From: Parvibaculaceae bacterium
GTDB taxonomy: Bacteria; Pseudomonadota; Alphaproteobacteria; Parvibaculales; Parvibaculaceae
Reading direction: 5' to 3'
Length of the DNA stretch: 64,000 nt
Assembly (NCBI GenBank): GCA_029209985.1
Contig: JARGNZ010000001.1
Coordinates: 65,982 to 129,981 of the forward strand
In this document: positions 55,694 through 64,000 of the stretch, in pieces
Layout: every line of letters begins with the position of its first letter
How positions within the stretch are numbered: position 1 is the stretch's first letter
Notes under the pieces: generated by a model
The model's database searches: none
What the model saw: only the letters and a program-made list of their open reading frames with translations
What the model was told of the DNA's origin: nothing
Made by a program: the position numbers and the translations under genes

Positions 55694-57544
55694 ATGGGCC
55701 TTTACAGTTCTATTAGTACAGCATTGAGTGGATTGCAGACTGCACAGTCTGGGATGTCGATCGTTTCGCAAAATATCGCGAATGCGAGTACGCCGGGCTA
55801 TACTAAAAAAGTGCTGGAAGTTGAGAACGCGGTTGCTGGGGATACCAGCATGGGTGTTCGCATCGCGGGGGTTACCCGTGAGGTTGATAAGTTTCTGCAG
55901 CAGCAAATGCGTACGGAAGTGGCTAACACGAGTAAGTTGGATGTGGCTTCTGTATATATGCAGCGCATTGAAAGCCTCTTTGGAGCGCCTGAGGATGAGC
56001 TGTCTATTGCGTCTGCTATCGATAATCTTGGGGCGGCATTACAGGACCTTTCCACACTTACCAATTCATCTTCTGCGGCGTCTTCTGTGTTGACTGCGGC
56101 GCAAAATATTGCCGATGAATTGAACCGACTTTCTAACGAAGTCCAGGAAATGCGGTTGAATGCAGAGCATGAAATTGCAGATGAAGTGGCGGAAGCAAAT
56201 CAATTAATGTCTCAGATTGCTGAGCTTAATATTATGATTGGCCAACGTCAGGATGGCTCCACGTCCACAGCTGACTTGGAAGACCAACGCGACAATGCTC
56301 TGGATGCTTTATCCGAAATTTTCGATATTAATGTGGTTGAGCAGCACAGTGGCACTGTGAGCGTCTTCACGAATACGGGCCAGCTGTTGGTTGATACGCA
56401 GGCGGCCACGTTGAACTTCGATGAGCGTTCTGCCATGGGGGCAAATGCTCTCTATGAAAATGGTGGTGTGGGTACCATTACCATTACCAATGGCTCCACA
56501 ACTATTGATCTGATTGCTGCGGGCGCGTTCAGCGCGGGAAGCATCGCGGGTTACTTGGAAATGCGTGATGAGGTTCTTGTGGAAGCTCAGGCGCAACTTG
56601 ATGAACTTGCAGCAGAGCTTGCGCTTGTGTTGTCGGAAGAAGAGATTGCGGGCACTGCGACGACTGTTGCGGGGGCAGATGGGTTTGAATTTGATATAGG
56701 AGAGCTTGAATCTGGTAATTCTATGTCGCTTACCTATACCGTTGGGGGTGTGGAAAGCACCGTCACGATTATTGCGGTGACGGACGCCTCGCTCTTGCCG
56801 CTTGCCGATGATGTGACAGCGCAAACGGGCGATAGCGTTATTGGTATCGATATTACAGATACGCAGACAAATATCGTGGCAGCTTTGAATGCTGCCTTGC
56901 CTGCTGAAGTTGTGGTGACAGATGAGGGCGGTACAACCATCGCTTTTACTGATGATGGGGGCGCGGGCACGTCGGATATTAATGGCTTGGTTGCAACCGT
57001 GGTGCCGGATGTTCTTCAAGGCGAAGGCACGGGGCTTGCTCTCTTTCTTGATAGTGAAACCAGTTCGGCTTTTACAGACAGCCTTGATGGGGATGGCCAG
57101 CAGCTCGGGTTTGCGGGACGTATCGTCGTCAATTCTGATTTGATCGAAGACCCTTCTTTGTTGGTGTCTTATGCCAGCACAACGGCTGAAGGGGATAATG
57201 CACGTCCGCTAGATCTATATAGCCGGTTAAAAGAAACCAGCAGAACCTATGCGACAAGCACCGGTATTGGTGGGGTTGCGTCCCCTTATGAAGGGTCCAT
57301 CGATTCATTCGCGCGAGAGTTTATTACTTATCAAGCTGCACAGGCGGATGCGACTTACGCTGCCCGTGATGCCTCGGCGATTGTTTCAGATGCTTTAGTT
57401 GAAAAGAACATGGGATCTTCCGGCGTCAATATTGACGAAGAAATGTCAGATCTCATCATTTTGCAAAATGCCTATACGGCTAATGCTCGGGTTATCAGCG
57501 CGGTCGAAGAAATGTTCGATACGCTCATGACTATTGGAAGGTAA
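55694..57544 (+). CDS. flgK: flagellar hook-associated protein FlgK (HAP1)
   Basis: MGLYSSISTALSGLQTAQSGMSIVSQNIANASTPGYT and C-terminal VNIDEEMSDLIILQNAYTANARVISAVEEM. Confidence 0.92.
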   Translation: MGLYSSISTALSGLQTAQSGMSIVSQNIANASTPGYTKKVLEVENAVAGDTSMGVRIAGVTREVDKFLQQQMRTEVANTSKLDVASVYMQRIESLFGAPEDELSIASAIDNLGAALQDLSTLTNSSSAASSVLTAAQNIADELNRLSNEVQEMRLNAEHEIADEVAEANQLMSQIAELNIMIGQRQDGSTSTADLEDQRDNALDALSEIFDINVVEQHSGTVSVFTNTGQLLVDTQAATLNFDERSAMGANALYENGGVGTITITNGSTTIDLIAAGAFSAGSIAGYLEMRDEVLVEAQAQLDELAAELALVLSEEEIAGTATTVAGADGFEFDIGELESGNSMSLTYTVGGVESTVTIIAVTDASLLPLADDVTAQTGDSVIGIDITDTQTNIVAALNAALPAEVVVTDEGGTTIAFTDDGGAGTSDINGLVATVVPDVLQGEGTGLALFLDSETSSAFTDSLDGDGQQLGFAGRIVVNSDLIEDPSLLVSYASTTAEGDNARPLDLYSRLKETSRTYATSTGIGGVASPYEGSIDSFAREFITYQAAQADATYAARDASAIVSDALVEKNMGSSGVNIDEEMSDLIILQNAYTANARVISAVEEMFDTLMTIGR

Positions 57545-57550
57545 TTGATC

Positions 57551-59041
57551 ATGCAGATTTCATCTCTCGCTCAAGCAATGAATTTTATCAATGACATTGG
57601 CAGTCTTTCTGAAACGATGGATGATTTGACTCGGCAATTAGCTTCGGGGAAAATCTCAGAAACTTATTCTGGCTTGGGATCAAATGCGTCACTGGTTTTG
57701 AGTATGCGCAGTGACATCAGTGAAATGAGCGCTTATCAAGACAATATTTCCTATACGCAGATCCGTGTGTCGACCATGGTGGATGTGTATAGCCGGGTTG
57801 ATGAGATGGGGCGTTCTTTGCAATCTGATTTGTTGGGGGCAGGGTATGAATTGCTTTCGGATGGCCGCACGTTAGAACAACAAATGGCGGGTGCTAACTT
57901 TGACGAGTTGGTTGCGCTGATGAATACAGAACTTGAAGGCTATCTGTTCTCTGGTGAGGCGACGAGCACGGCGCCAGTTGCCAATAGTGAAGAGATGCTG
58001 AATGGCACGGTTACTCAGGATGGCGTGTCGCAATATATTGCGCAATATCAAGAAGCTAATCTCGGGGCGAGTGGGCTTGGCCGAGTTACTGTGAATACAA
58101 CAACAGATACAGTGACGCTTGCTGAAGATGCGGACCCAAGTGAATTTGGTTTTAAGCTGACAGGGTCGAGCACGGATAGTGCCGCTGTAACTTTAACCGA
58201 TAATGGGTCTTCACCTCCCTCATACGACATTCAATTTGGGGCACCTCAAATTACCAGCGGGGAGCTTATCGAGTTGGAATTTACGTTGCCTGACGGCACG
58301 ACTGAAACGATTAGCTTGGAAGCCACTTATTCTGATCCAGCAGCTGAGGGCCAATTTACGATTGGTGCTGATGCTGACGCAACGGCGGCAAATTTTGATA
58401 CTGCGTTAACTGCCGCCTTGACGGAAGAAGCCGCGACCTCCTTGACAGCCGCAGCGGCCATTCAAGGGACGGATGCTTATTTTGATTATACTGTGAATGA
58501 TGTTCCCTTGCGTGTTGATGGTCCTCCTTATGCGTCGGCGACAGGGACCGTCGAAGCCACAGAAAATGACACTGTGCTTTGGTACACGGGGGGTGATCCA
58601 TCTTCTGCCGATAATACAACGATTGTGCAGATCGATGATGGGACTTATGTTTCTTACGGGTCAAGCGCGTATGAAGAAGCAATGCGCGACATGTTCAAGT
58701 CAACTGCAGTGATGGCGGGCACAACGTTCTCAGAAGTCGATCCCTATGCGGAGGAGGCGTATAACGCGCTTTCTTCTCGGGTGGCTTCTACTTTGACCTT
58801 CGAGTCGTCTACGTCTCCTGCGGACCTGGCAACAGAGTTGGGGCTTAAATCATCTCGATTGGATAATACCAGTGCACGCCATGCCAATTCTATTACTTTG
58901 GCGGAAAACCTGATTGGTGATGCAGAAAACATTGATGAGTATGAAGTGGCTGTCATGTTGACTGAAGTGCAAACCTCCTTGGAGGCCAGCTATAGTGTTA
59001 CGGCTATGATGCAAGATATGTCGCTTGTGAATTACATTTAG
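57551..59041 (+). CDS. flgL: flagellar hook-associated protein FlgL (HAP3), long form
   Basis: MQISSLAQAMNFINDIGSL...LTRQLASGKISETYSGLG is a flagellin-like N-terminal helix. It sits after flgK and has a flagellin-type C-terminal helix (EYEVAVMLTEVQTSLEASYSV). Confidence 0.8.
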   Translation: MQISSLAQAMNFINDIGSLSETMDDLTRQLASGKISETYSGLGSNASLVLSMRSDISEMSAYQDNISYTQIRVSTMVDVYSRVDEMGRSLQSDLLGAGYELLSDGRTLEQQMAGANFDELVALMNTELEGYLFSGEATSTAPVANSEEMLNGTVTQDGVSQYIAQYQEANLGASGLGRVTVNTTTDTVTLAEDADPSEFGFKLTGSSTDSAAVTLTDNGSSPPSYDIQFGAPQITSGELIELEFTLPDGTTETISLEATYSDPAAEGQFTIGADADATAANFDTALTAALTEEAATSLTAAAAIQGTDAYFDYTVNDVPLRVDGPPYASATGTVEATENDTVLWYTGGDPSSADNTTIVQIDDGTYVSYGSSAYEEAMRDMFKSTAVMAGTTFSEVDPYAEEAYNALSSRVASTLTFESSTSPADLATELGLKSSRLDNTSARHANSITLAENLIGDAENIDEYEVAVMLTEVQTSLEASYSVTAMMQDMSLVNYI

Positions 59042-59056
59042 ATCTTTGGACTGCTC

Positions 59057-59102
59057 GAAACGAAATAAGGCTCGTCTTCTCAGACGAGCCTTATTTCGTT
59101 TT
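59057..59102. terminator. bidirectional intrinsic terminator between flgL and flaF
   Basis: GAAACGAAATAAGGCTCGTC-TTCTCA-GACGAGCCTTATTTCGTTTT has a 20-bp perfect stem. Confidence 0.85.
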
Positions 59103-59151
59103 AATCCAGTGGGCGTCACATTTAGGGGCGGCGCTCATTTTATGGTTGTGT

Positions 59152-59535
59152 TTAGTCTTTAGAGCCTGCGGGACGCGCAAAGAGGCCGGCTGCAATCTGT
59201 CGATTGATGTTAATCAGCGTATCCAACTTCTCAGGCGTGGGTTGGCTGGTGATTGCACTTGTTTGTTTGAAAATGAAAACAGACAAATTGGCAATATTTT
59301 CTCGAATTTCTTTGGGAAGGCCGTCATCGTGCTCAACCACAGAGGTGGCAAATACGCTCCACAGTTTGCGGTTATAAAGCAATGCCTCCGTCAGCGTAGG
59401 GTCCAGCTTTGCGCAGGTATCCTTTGCTGTTTGCAATTTGGATGCAGCTTTTATCAAAAGAGAGCCTTCAAACTCTCTTGGATCAGAAACCGTCATATTG
59501 GCGGTTTTGCCGTAGGCCTCAGCCGGATTTCGCAT
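59152..59535 (-). CDS. flaF: flagellar biosynthesis regulator FlaF
   Basis: 127 aa. MRNPAEAYGKTANMTVSDPREFEGSLLIKAASKLQ... matches the FlaF pattern (AY...PRE.E..L). It is paired with flbT. Confidence 0.85.
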   Translation of the reverse strand: MRNPAEAYGKTANMTVSDPREFEGSLLIKAASKLQTAKDTCAKLDPTLTEALLYNRKLWSVFATSVVEHDDGLPKEIRENIANLSVFIFKQTSAITSQPTPEKLDTLININRQIAAGLFARPAGSKD

Positions 59536-59911
59536 TCGCTAGTAACTCCCGCTCGTACTCGATCAACTTTCGAGCTTCCTTCAATGCTTTATACATTTGT
59601 CCGGTTAAGATTCGGTTGTTAACAGCGTCCAAATAGTCTTTTGTACTCGGAGCAGCTTCCAGAACTTCTTTAGTTATTTGGAAGTAGAGTTCGTGATGTC
59701 TTTTTGCATCAACTGCCAAATACATCATCTGTACGACTACATATATCTTCTTGCAGGGAGTGTTGGCATCTTCCAATCGCATGATGTCTTTTTCACGCAG
59801 AATTGGGGCATTGCCCTCAATGAAGAGGCGGGTGCGTTGATCATCATTTGTGATCACACTATCCCCTAGAATAATGCGCTCGCCGGGCTTTAGTTCAACT
59901 TTCAATGCCAT
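59519..59911 (-). CDS. flbT: flagellar biosynthesis repressor FlbT
   Basis: MALKVELKPGERIILGDSVITNDDQRTRLFIEGNAPILREKDIM is the hallmark FlbT N-terminus. Its 3' end overlaps the flaF start by 17 nt. Confidence 0.9.
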   Translation of the reverse strand: MALKVELKPGERIILGDSVITNDDQRTRLFIEGNAPILREKDIMRLEDANTPCKKIYVVVQMMYLAVDAKRHHELYFQITKEVLEAAPSTKDYLDAVNNRILTGQMYKALKEARKLIEYERELLANAKSG

Positions 59912-60022
59912 GTGAAGGATCTCCGCTTCTGCAGACCGACAGTCAATTTTGACTGCGTGAATTGATTCGTTTTGAATATAGCGGATTTCGCAGGTTTGCG
60001 TCAGCTTCGTTAAAGGACAACG

Positions 60023-60050
60023 AAAAAGGGCGGAACCGAAGTCCCGCCCC
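60023..60050 (-). terminator. intrinsic terminator of flagellin gene 1
   Basis: The minus strand reads GGGGCGGGAC-TTCG-GTTCCGCCC followed by TTTTT, 24 nt after the flagellin stop. Confidence 0.75.
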
Positions 60051-60073
60051 ATATTTCTCGACTAATCAGTCTA

Positions 60074-61180
60074 TTAGAATAGACGTAGAACTGATTGGTC
60101 TGATTGGCTAGCCAAGGACAATGAAGTTGTACCCAAGCTTTGACGTGTTTGAAGAGCCAGCAAGTTAGCACCCTCAGCGTTGGTATCAGCCAAAGTCAAG
60201 TCAGCCGCACCACCTTGAAGTGTGGAGATCATGCCGGATGTAAAGTCATTCCGGTTTTCAGCCACAGCCAAGTTGTTACCGAAGGTAGATGATTGGCTCC
60301 GCAGAGTGTTTGTTGCGGTGTCCAATGTGTCGATCAGGCCTTCAAGGCTTGTGTCGCTTTCAAGCTCTGATTCACTTGTTTCCGACAGACCCAAACCTGC
60401 AGCGTCAAATGTCACACCTTCAATGGTCAATGAAGATGAACCATCTTCGTTGAAGTTCACTGAAAGGTCATCACCGTTTAGCAAGTTAACACCGTTGTAG
60501 GTGGCGTCGCCTGCCAATTGGTCGATTTGAGTGAGAAGGTCGTTAAAGTCGTTTACATATGAGTCACGGTTTGTGCCTTCAACTGTACCGTCGATGCCAG
60601 CCGCAGTCGCCGCTGCACCAGCCACAACCAATTCACGACCATCGGCCGCTGCAATTTCGATTGCGCCATCGCTGTTCACTTGAGCAGTGATGCCAGAAAT
60701 GTTGCCGATTGTAGATGCAAGCTCATCAACAGTTTGGTTAGAAAGTTCGATAGATGTTGTTGAGCCACCGTGTGTAATATCGATGGTGGTTGTTGATGCG
60801 ACACCCAATTCCGCCAGGGCTGTACCAGAACCGTCAAGATCTTCAACTGAACCTGTTACGTCTGATTCATCGATTTTTGTGTTCAAGGCAGAGTTTGCAG
60901 TAGATTTCAGCTGATTGACCAAGCTAGACAATGAGCTAATGCCTTCTTCAGCAGCTTGCAGTGTACGTACACCGTTATCGATGCTGTCGAGCTGAGTGTT
61001 CAAATCAGATGCACGGTTGCTCAAAGATTCCGAAGTGAAGTAAGCATTCGGATCATCAAGCGCGCTGTTCACGTCCAAACCAGTAGATAGCTTGAATTGT
61101 GTGTCCGCCATCATAGATGCAGTTGTTTGCAATGAAAGCAGGTTGTCACGCACCGCGGAAGAGAGAGTAATATCTGACAT
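60074..61180 (-). CDS. flagellin (paralog 1)
   Basis: MSDITLSSAVRDNLLSLQTTA...STGLDVNSALDDP... N-terminal D0/D1 and ...NLLALQTRQSLGTTSLSLASQSDQSVLRLF C-terminus. Start is the ATG at 61180; the track start at 61183 is a GTG. Confidence 0.93.
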   Translation of the reverse strand: MSDITLSSAVRDNLLSLQTTASMMADTQFKLSTGLDVNSALDDPNAYFTSESLSNRASDLNTQLDSIDNGVRTLQAAEEGISSLSSLVNQLKSTANSALNTKIDESDVTGSVEDLDGSGTALAELGVASTTTIDITHGGSTTSIELSNQTVDELASTIGNISGITAQVNSDGAIEIAAADGRELVVAGAAATAAGIDGTVEGTNRDSYVNDFNDLLTQIDQLAGDATYNGVNLLNGDDLSVNFNEDGSSSLTIEGVTFDAAGLGLSETSESELESDTSLEGLIDTLDTATNTLRSQSSTFGNNLAVAENRNDFTSGMISTLQGGAADLTLADTNAEGANLLALQTRQSLGTTSLSLASQSDQSVLRLF

Positions 61181-61383
61181 CACGTATTTCCTTTTCTAGG
61201 ACAAATTTCTGTTTGGCTCTTCTGAACCTGTCGCCAGTCTTGCGTGATGAATCTTAAGCAAATCTGAATCCGAGATTGCGGTATCGGATTGATGTTTAAG
61301 GAAGGGTAAATGGGTTTCGAGAAATTTTATCTATTTCTCTATCTCAATCCTGGATTTCTGCGGTTTTTGACCTGCGGACATAC

Positions 61384-61417
61384 AAAAACGGCGGAGGTTT
61401 TTTTCCTCCGCCGTTTT
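61384..61417 (-). terminator. intrinsic terminator of flagellin gene 2 (symmetric, could act bidirectionally)
   Basis: AAAAACGGCGGAGG-TTTTTTT-CCTCCGCCGTTTT. Confidence 0.8.
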
Positions 61418-61445
61418 GCCGTTGATGTGGTCTTTTGTTGCTCTT

Positions 61446-62552
61446 TTAGAAGAGTTGCAACACTGATTGGTCAGATTGGTTGGCCAAGGACAGTGATGTC
61501 GTACCCAAACTTTGACGTGTTTGCAAAGCGAGCAAGTTGGCAGATTCACCTGTTGTATCAGCCAGTGTAAGGTCAGCGGCCCCACTGTTTAGAGTGCTGA
61601 TGATGCCATTTGTGAAGGTGTTCCGGTTTTCAGCAACAGCCAAGTTGTTACCGAAAGTGGAAGATTGGCTTCGCAAGGTGTTGATGGCAGTGTCAAGATT
61701 ATCGATCAGAGCTTCAAGGCTTGTGTCGCTCTCTAGTACTGATGCAGTTGTTTCTGATAGACCCAAACCCTCAGCGTCAAATGTCACGCCTTCAATGGTC
61801 AAAGATGAAGAGCCATCTTCGTTGAAGTTCACAGTGAGATCATCGCCTGTTAGCAAGTTGACGCCGTTATATGTGGCATCGCCAGCCAACTGATCAACTT
61901 GTGAAAGTAGGTCGTTGAAGTCATCGACATATGAGTCACGGTTTGTGCCTTCAACTGTGCCATCGATACCGGCAGCCGTTGCAGCTGCGCCCCCAATAAC
62001 CAGTTCACGGCCATCAGCAGCAACCACTTCAATTGCGCCATCGCTGTTCACTTGAGCGGTGATGCCAGAAATGTTGCCGATTGTAGATGCAAGCTCATCA
62101 ACAGTTTGGTTGGAAAGCTCGATAGATGTTGTTGAGCCACCGTGTGTAATATCGATGGTGGTTGTTGATGCGACACCCAATTCCGCCAGAGCTGTACCAG
62201 AACCGTCAAGATCTTCAACTGAACCTGTTACATCAGATTCATCGATTTTAGTGTTCAAGGCAGAGTTGGATGTGGATTTCAACTGGTTGACCAATGCAGT
62301 CAAGCCTTTGATGCCTTCGTCAGCCGCTTGCAAAGTACGTGTACCATTGTCGATATTATCGAGTTGGGTGTTCAAGTCTGCTGCGCGATTGGTAAGGGCT
62401 TCAGCTGTAAAGTAAGCACTTGGATCATCTAGCGCGCTGTTCACGTCCAAACCAGTAGAAAGTTTGAACTGAGTGTCTGCCATCAATTTAGCAGTGCTTT
62501 GCAAAGAAAGCAGATTGTCGCGGACCGCAGATGAAAGGGTAATATCAGCCAT
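61446..62552 (-). CDS. flagellin (paralog 2)
   Basis: MADITLSSAVRDNLLSLQSTA... and ...LSLANQSDQSVLQLF. The central 78 codons encode the same residues as paralog 1. Confidence 0.93.
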   Translation of the reverse strand: MADITLSSAVRDNLLSLQSTAKLMADTQFKLSTGLDVNSALDDPSAYFTAEALTNRAADLNTQLDNIDNGTRTLQAADEGIKGLTALVNQLKSTSNSALNTKIDESDVTGSVEDLDGSGTALAELGVASTTTIDITHGGSTTSIELSNQTVDELASTIGNISGITAQVNSDGAIEVVAADGRELVIGGAAATAAGIDGTVEGTNRDSYVDDFNDLLSQVDQLAGDATYNGVNLLTGDDLTVNFNEDGSSSLTIEGVTFDAEGLGLSETTASVLESDTSLEALIDNLDTAINTLRSQSSTFGNNLAVAENRNTFTNGIISTLNSGAADLTLADTTGESANLLALQTRQSLGTTSLSLANQSDQSVLQLF

Positions 62553-62702
62553 TGTGTCGTTCCTTTTCTAGGAGCTATATGTTGCGCGCTCTTCCTGAGC
62601 ACGGGTGAACATTGGGCTTGTGAAGCTTAATTTCGGGTAAACAGGTTTGTTTTTTTTTGAATCAAATTGTCTAAGCTTTTGAAAAACATGAGAAAAAAAG
62701 CC

Positions 62703-62730
62703 AAAAAAAAGACGGAGCTGATGCTCCGCC
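62703..62730 (-). terminator. intrinsic terminator of flagellin gene 3
   Basis: The minus strand reads GGCGGAGC-ATCA-GCTCCGTC followed by TTTTTTTT. Confidence 0.7.
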
Positions 62731-62762
62731 TTTCAAATATGAAACTACTTTTCGAGCTGAGA

Positions 62763-63890
62763 CTAGAAAAGTTGTAATACGTTTTGTTCTGCTTGTGAGG
62801 CAATCGAAAGGGCGGTGGTGGCCAAAGACTGGCGTGTCTGCAAGGCCAAGAGGTTCGCACTTTCTTCGTTGAGATCGGCAATCGTCAACTCTGCCGCGCC
62901 GGTCTCAAGGTTCACAATGAGTTGGTCTGTGAAGTCAGATCTCACTTCCACAACACTCATGTTACCGCCAAAAGTAGAGGCTTGGGTGCGAAGTGTTTCT
63001 TTGGCTGAATCCAATTCAGCAACTGCTAGGCTAATGGATGATTCACTTTCCCAGGCACTGCCCGTGACTTCTGAGATCGAGAGATCGCCTCCAACTGTCA
63101 AATCAGCACCGCGAATAACAAGTTGGCTGGTTTGGTCCTCGTTGAAGTTCACAGTTAGGTCGTCGCCCGTTAGGATGTTGACGCCTTTATAGCTGGCATC
63201 ACCAGCCAATTCATCGATTTGAATGCGCAATTCATTGAAATCAGCTTCGAACTTGTCGTGGTTCGTGCCGTTGTCATATGTACCTTCAAGTTTCAAGTCA
63301 GCGGCAATGTCGCCCGCGCTGCTGCCAATGATGAGCTCTCGCCCGTCGTCAGCTTCGATGCGGAGGGCCCCATCAATGGAGATGTCGGCCGTCGCACCTG
63401 AAATTGCGCTGATGCTGCTGACCAACTCATCAACCGTCATATTGGACAATTGGATGGATGTGATGACGCCGGTGACTTCGATGGTGATCACATCGGATGT
63501 TTCGAGACCTGAATCCATCGCGGTCGCAGACATTGTGCCTGCGGAGATGAGTTCGCGGTCAGAGGCGATGTAAGAGGGGACAATCGGTGTGTCTAACGCT
63601 TCATTCGCGGTGGCCTTCATGGTCTCCACTAGCGTTAGGATCGATTGAATACCTTCATCGGCCGTGTTCAATGTTTCGGTTGCTAGGTTCATATTGTCTA
63701 GCAACTCGTTGAGGTCGGAGGCGCGCGTGCTCAATGTCCGTGACGTGAAAAACGCCGTTGGATCATCGATCGCTCCGTTGACCTTTAGACCTGTCGAAAG
63801 ACGCGACTGGGTTTGATCCAGTAGGTTCGACGTATTTTGTAGACTTAGCAAGTTGGAGCGCATCGCCCCTGATAGAACCACCTCAGCCAT
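62763..63890 (-). CDS. flagellin (paralog 3, divergent)
   Basis: MAEVVLSGAMRSNLLSLQNTS...STGLKVNGAIDDP... and ...LSIASQAEQNVLQLF. SD GGGAGGA lies 8 nt before the ATG at 63890. Confidence 0.92.
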   Translation of the reverse strand: MAEVVLSGAMRSNLLSLQNTSNLLDQTQSRLSTGLKVNGAIDDPTAFFTSRTLSTRASDLNELLDNMNLATETLNTADEGIQSILTLVETMKATANEALDTPIVPSYIASDRELISAGTMSATAMDSGLETSDVITIEVTGVITSIQLSNMTVDELVSSISAISGATADISIDGALRIEADDGRELIIGSSAGDIAADLKLEGTYDNGTNHDKFEADFNELRIQIDELAGDASYKGVNILTGDDLTVNFNEDQTSQLVIRGADLTVGGDLSISEVTGSAWESESSISLAVAELDSAKETLRTQASTFGGNMSVVEVRSDFTDQLIVNLETGAAELTIADLNEESANLLALQTRQSLATTALSIASQAEQNVLQLF

Positions 63891-64000
63891 GGTATCCATC
63901 CTCCCGGTTAAGGCCGGTCTGTATCATTCCGGCACGTTCCGTATACTCATAATTAATGATTAATGTCGCGTAAACGAACGCGCGAGATTTACGGGTGGGC

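Noticed and set aside
54580-57019. Long minus-strand ORFs (227 aa at 54580..55263 and 236 aa at 56309..57019) inside flgE and flgK.
   Set aside because: They are Arg/His/Cys/Ile-rich antisense translations of unambiguous flagellar genes. They have no start context or motifs.
61257-61272. Sigma54-like GG-N10-GC element (minus strand CGGATTCAGATTTGCT) about 75 nt upstream of flagellin 1.
   Set aside because: The -24 half is poor (CGGATT vs TGGCAC), and no equivalent exists upstream of the closely related flagellin 2, so the match may be chance. It is kept only as a note.
62640-62712. Runs of T9, A7 and A8 plus short repeats between flagellin genes 2 and 3. I checked whether this could be a repeat array or a CRISPR-like structure.
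   Set aside because: There are no regularly spaced direct repeats. The runs are explained by the terminator U-tract of gene 3 and AT-rich promoter DNA of gene 2.

Overview
This is a densely coding 64-kb chromosomal segment, and the gene content points to an alphaproteobacterium (FlaF/FlbT flagellin regulators, MreBCD-PBP2-RodA, a TAXI-TRAP transporter, an Mla/Mce-like ABC system, single-domain Hpt and CheZ-like proteins). GC looks roughly 50-55% by eye. I support about 58 protein genes. I found no rRNA or tRNA genes, no CRISPR array, no transposase, integrase or phage genes, and no canonical defence system.

Gene order from left to right:
- purT 3' end, a lipoprotein and a LysR regulator
- mreB-mreC-mreD-mrdA-rodA
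- D-aminoacylase, crotonase and an orphan cheZ-like gene
- a FAH-family hydrolase with a KDPGal-type aldolase
- a four-gene GT4 / 2x SAM-methyltransferase / alpha-alpha-barrel cluster
- a membrane protein, DUF4281, an epoxide hydrolase and an FAD oxidoreductase
- DUF423
- a coupled three-gene operon (unknown protein, APH-type kinase, small helical protein)
- MFS transporter, TauD-family dioxygenase, dipeptide epimerase and a CHASE2 cyclase
- TAXI-TRAP transporter and a cytochrome c
- a STAS-MlaE/MlaF/MlaD/lipoprotein transporter
- an 803-aa coiled-coil membrane protein, a small basic protein, an Hpt protein and an L-2-hydroxyglutarate-oxidase-like protein
- a nonulosonic-acid module (neuC-neuB-CBS nucleotidyltransferase-neuA)
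- chorismate mutase, an orphan gene, GNAT, a methyltransferase, a repeat lipoprotein and an MFS transporter
- a MoxR-AAA/VWA pair
- a flagellar block: sigma54 promoter-flgE-flgK-flgL, flaF-flbT, and three tandem flagellin genes

The most interesting candidates, all inferred from sequence reading and from remembered family knowledge:
1. The GT4/MT/barrel/MT cluster has the same parts list as the actinobacterial methylmannose-polysaccharide (MMP) cluster.
2. The adjacent same-strand FAD-oxidoreductase/epoxide-hydrolase/ABA4-like module.
3. Two flagellin paralogs whose normally variable central domain is the best conserved part: a 236-nt block with 7 differences, all synonymous.
4. An orphan CheZ-like protein with a duplicated CheY-docking-like motif.
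5. A legionaminic-acid-type sugar module close to the flagellins.

No homology search, HMM scan or RNA folding could be run. Functional calls rest on motifs I recognise in the supplied translations.
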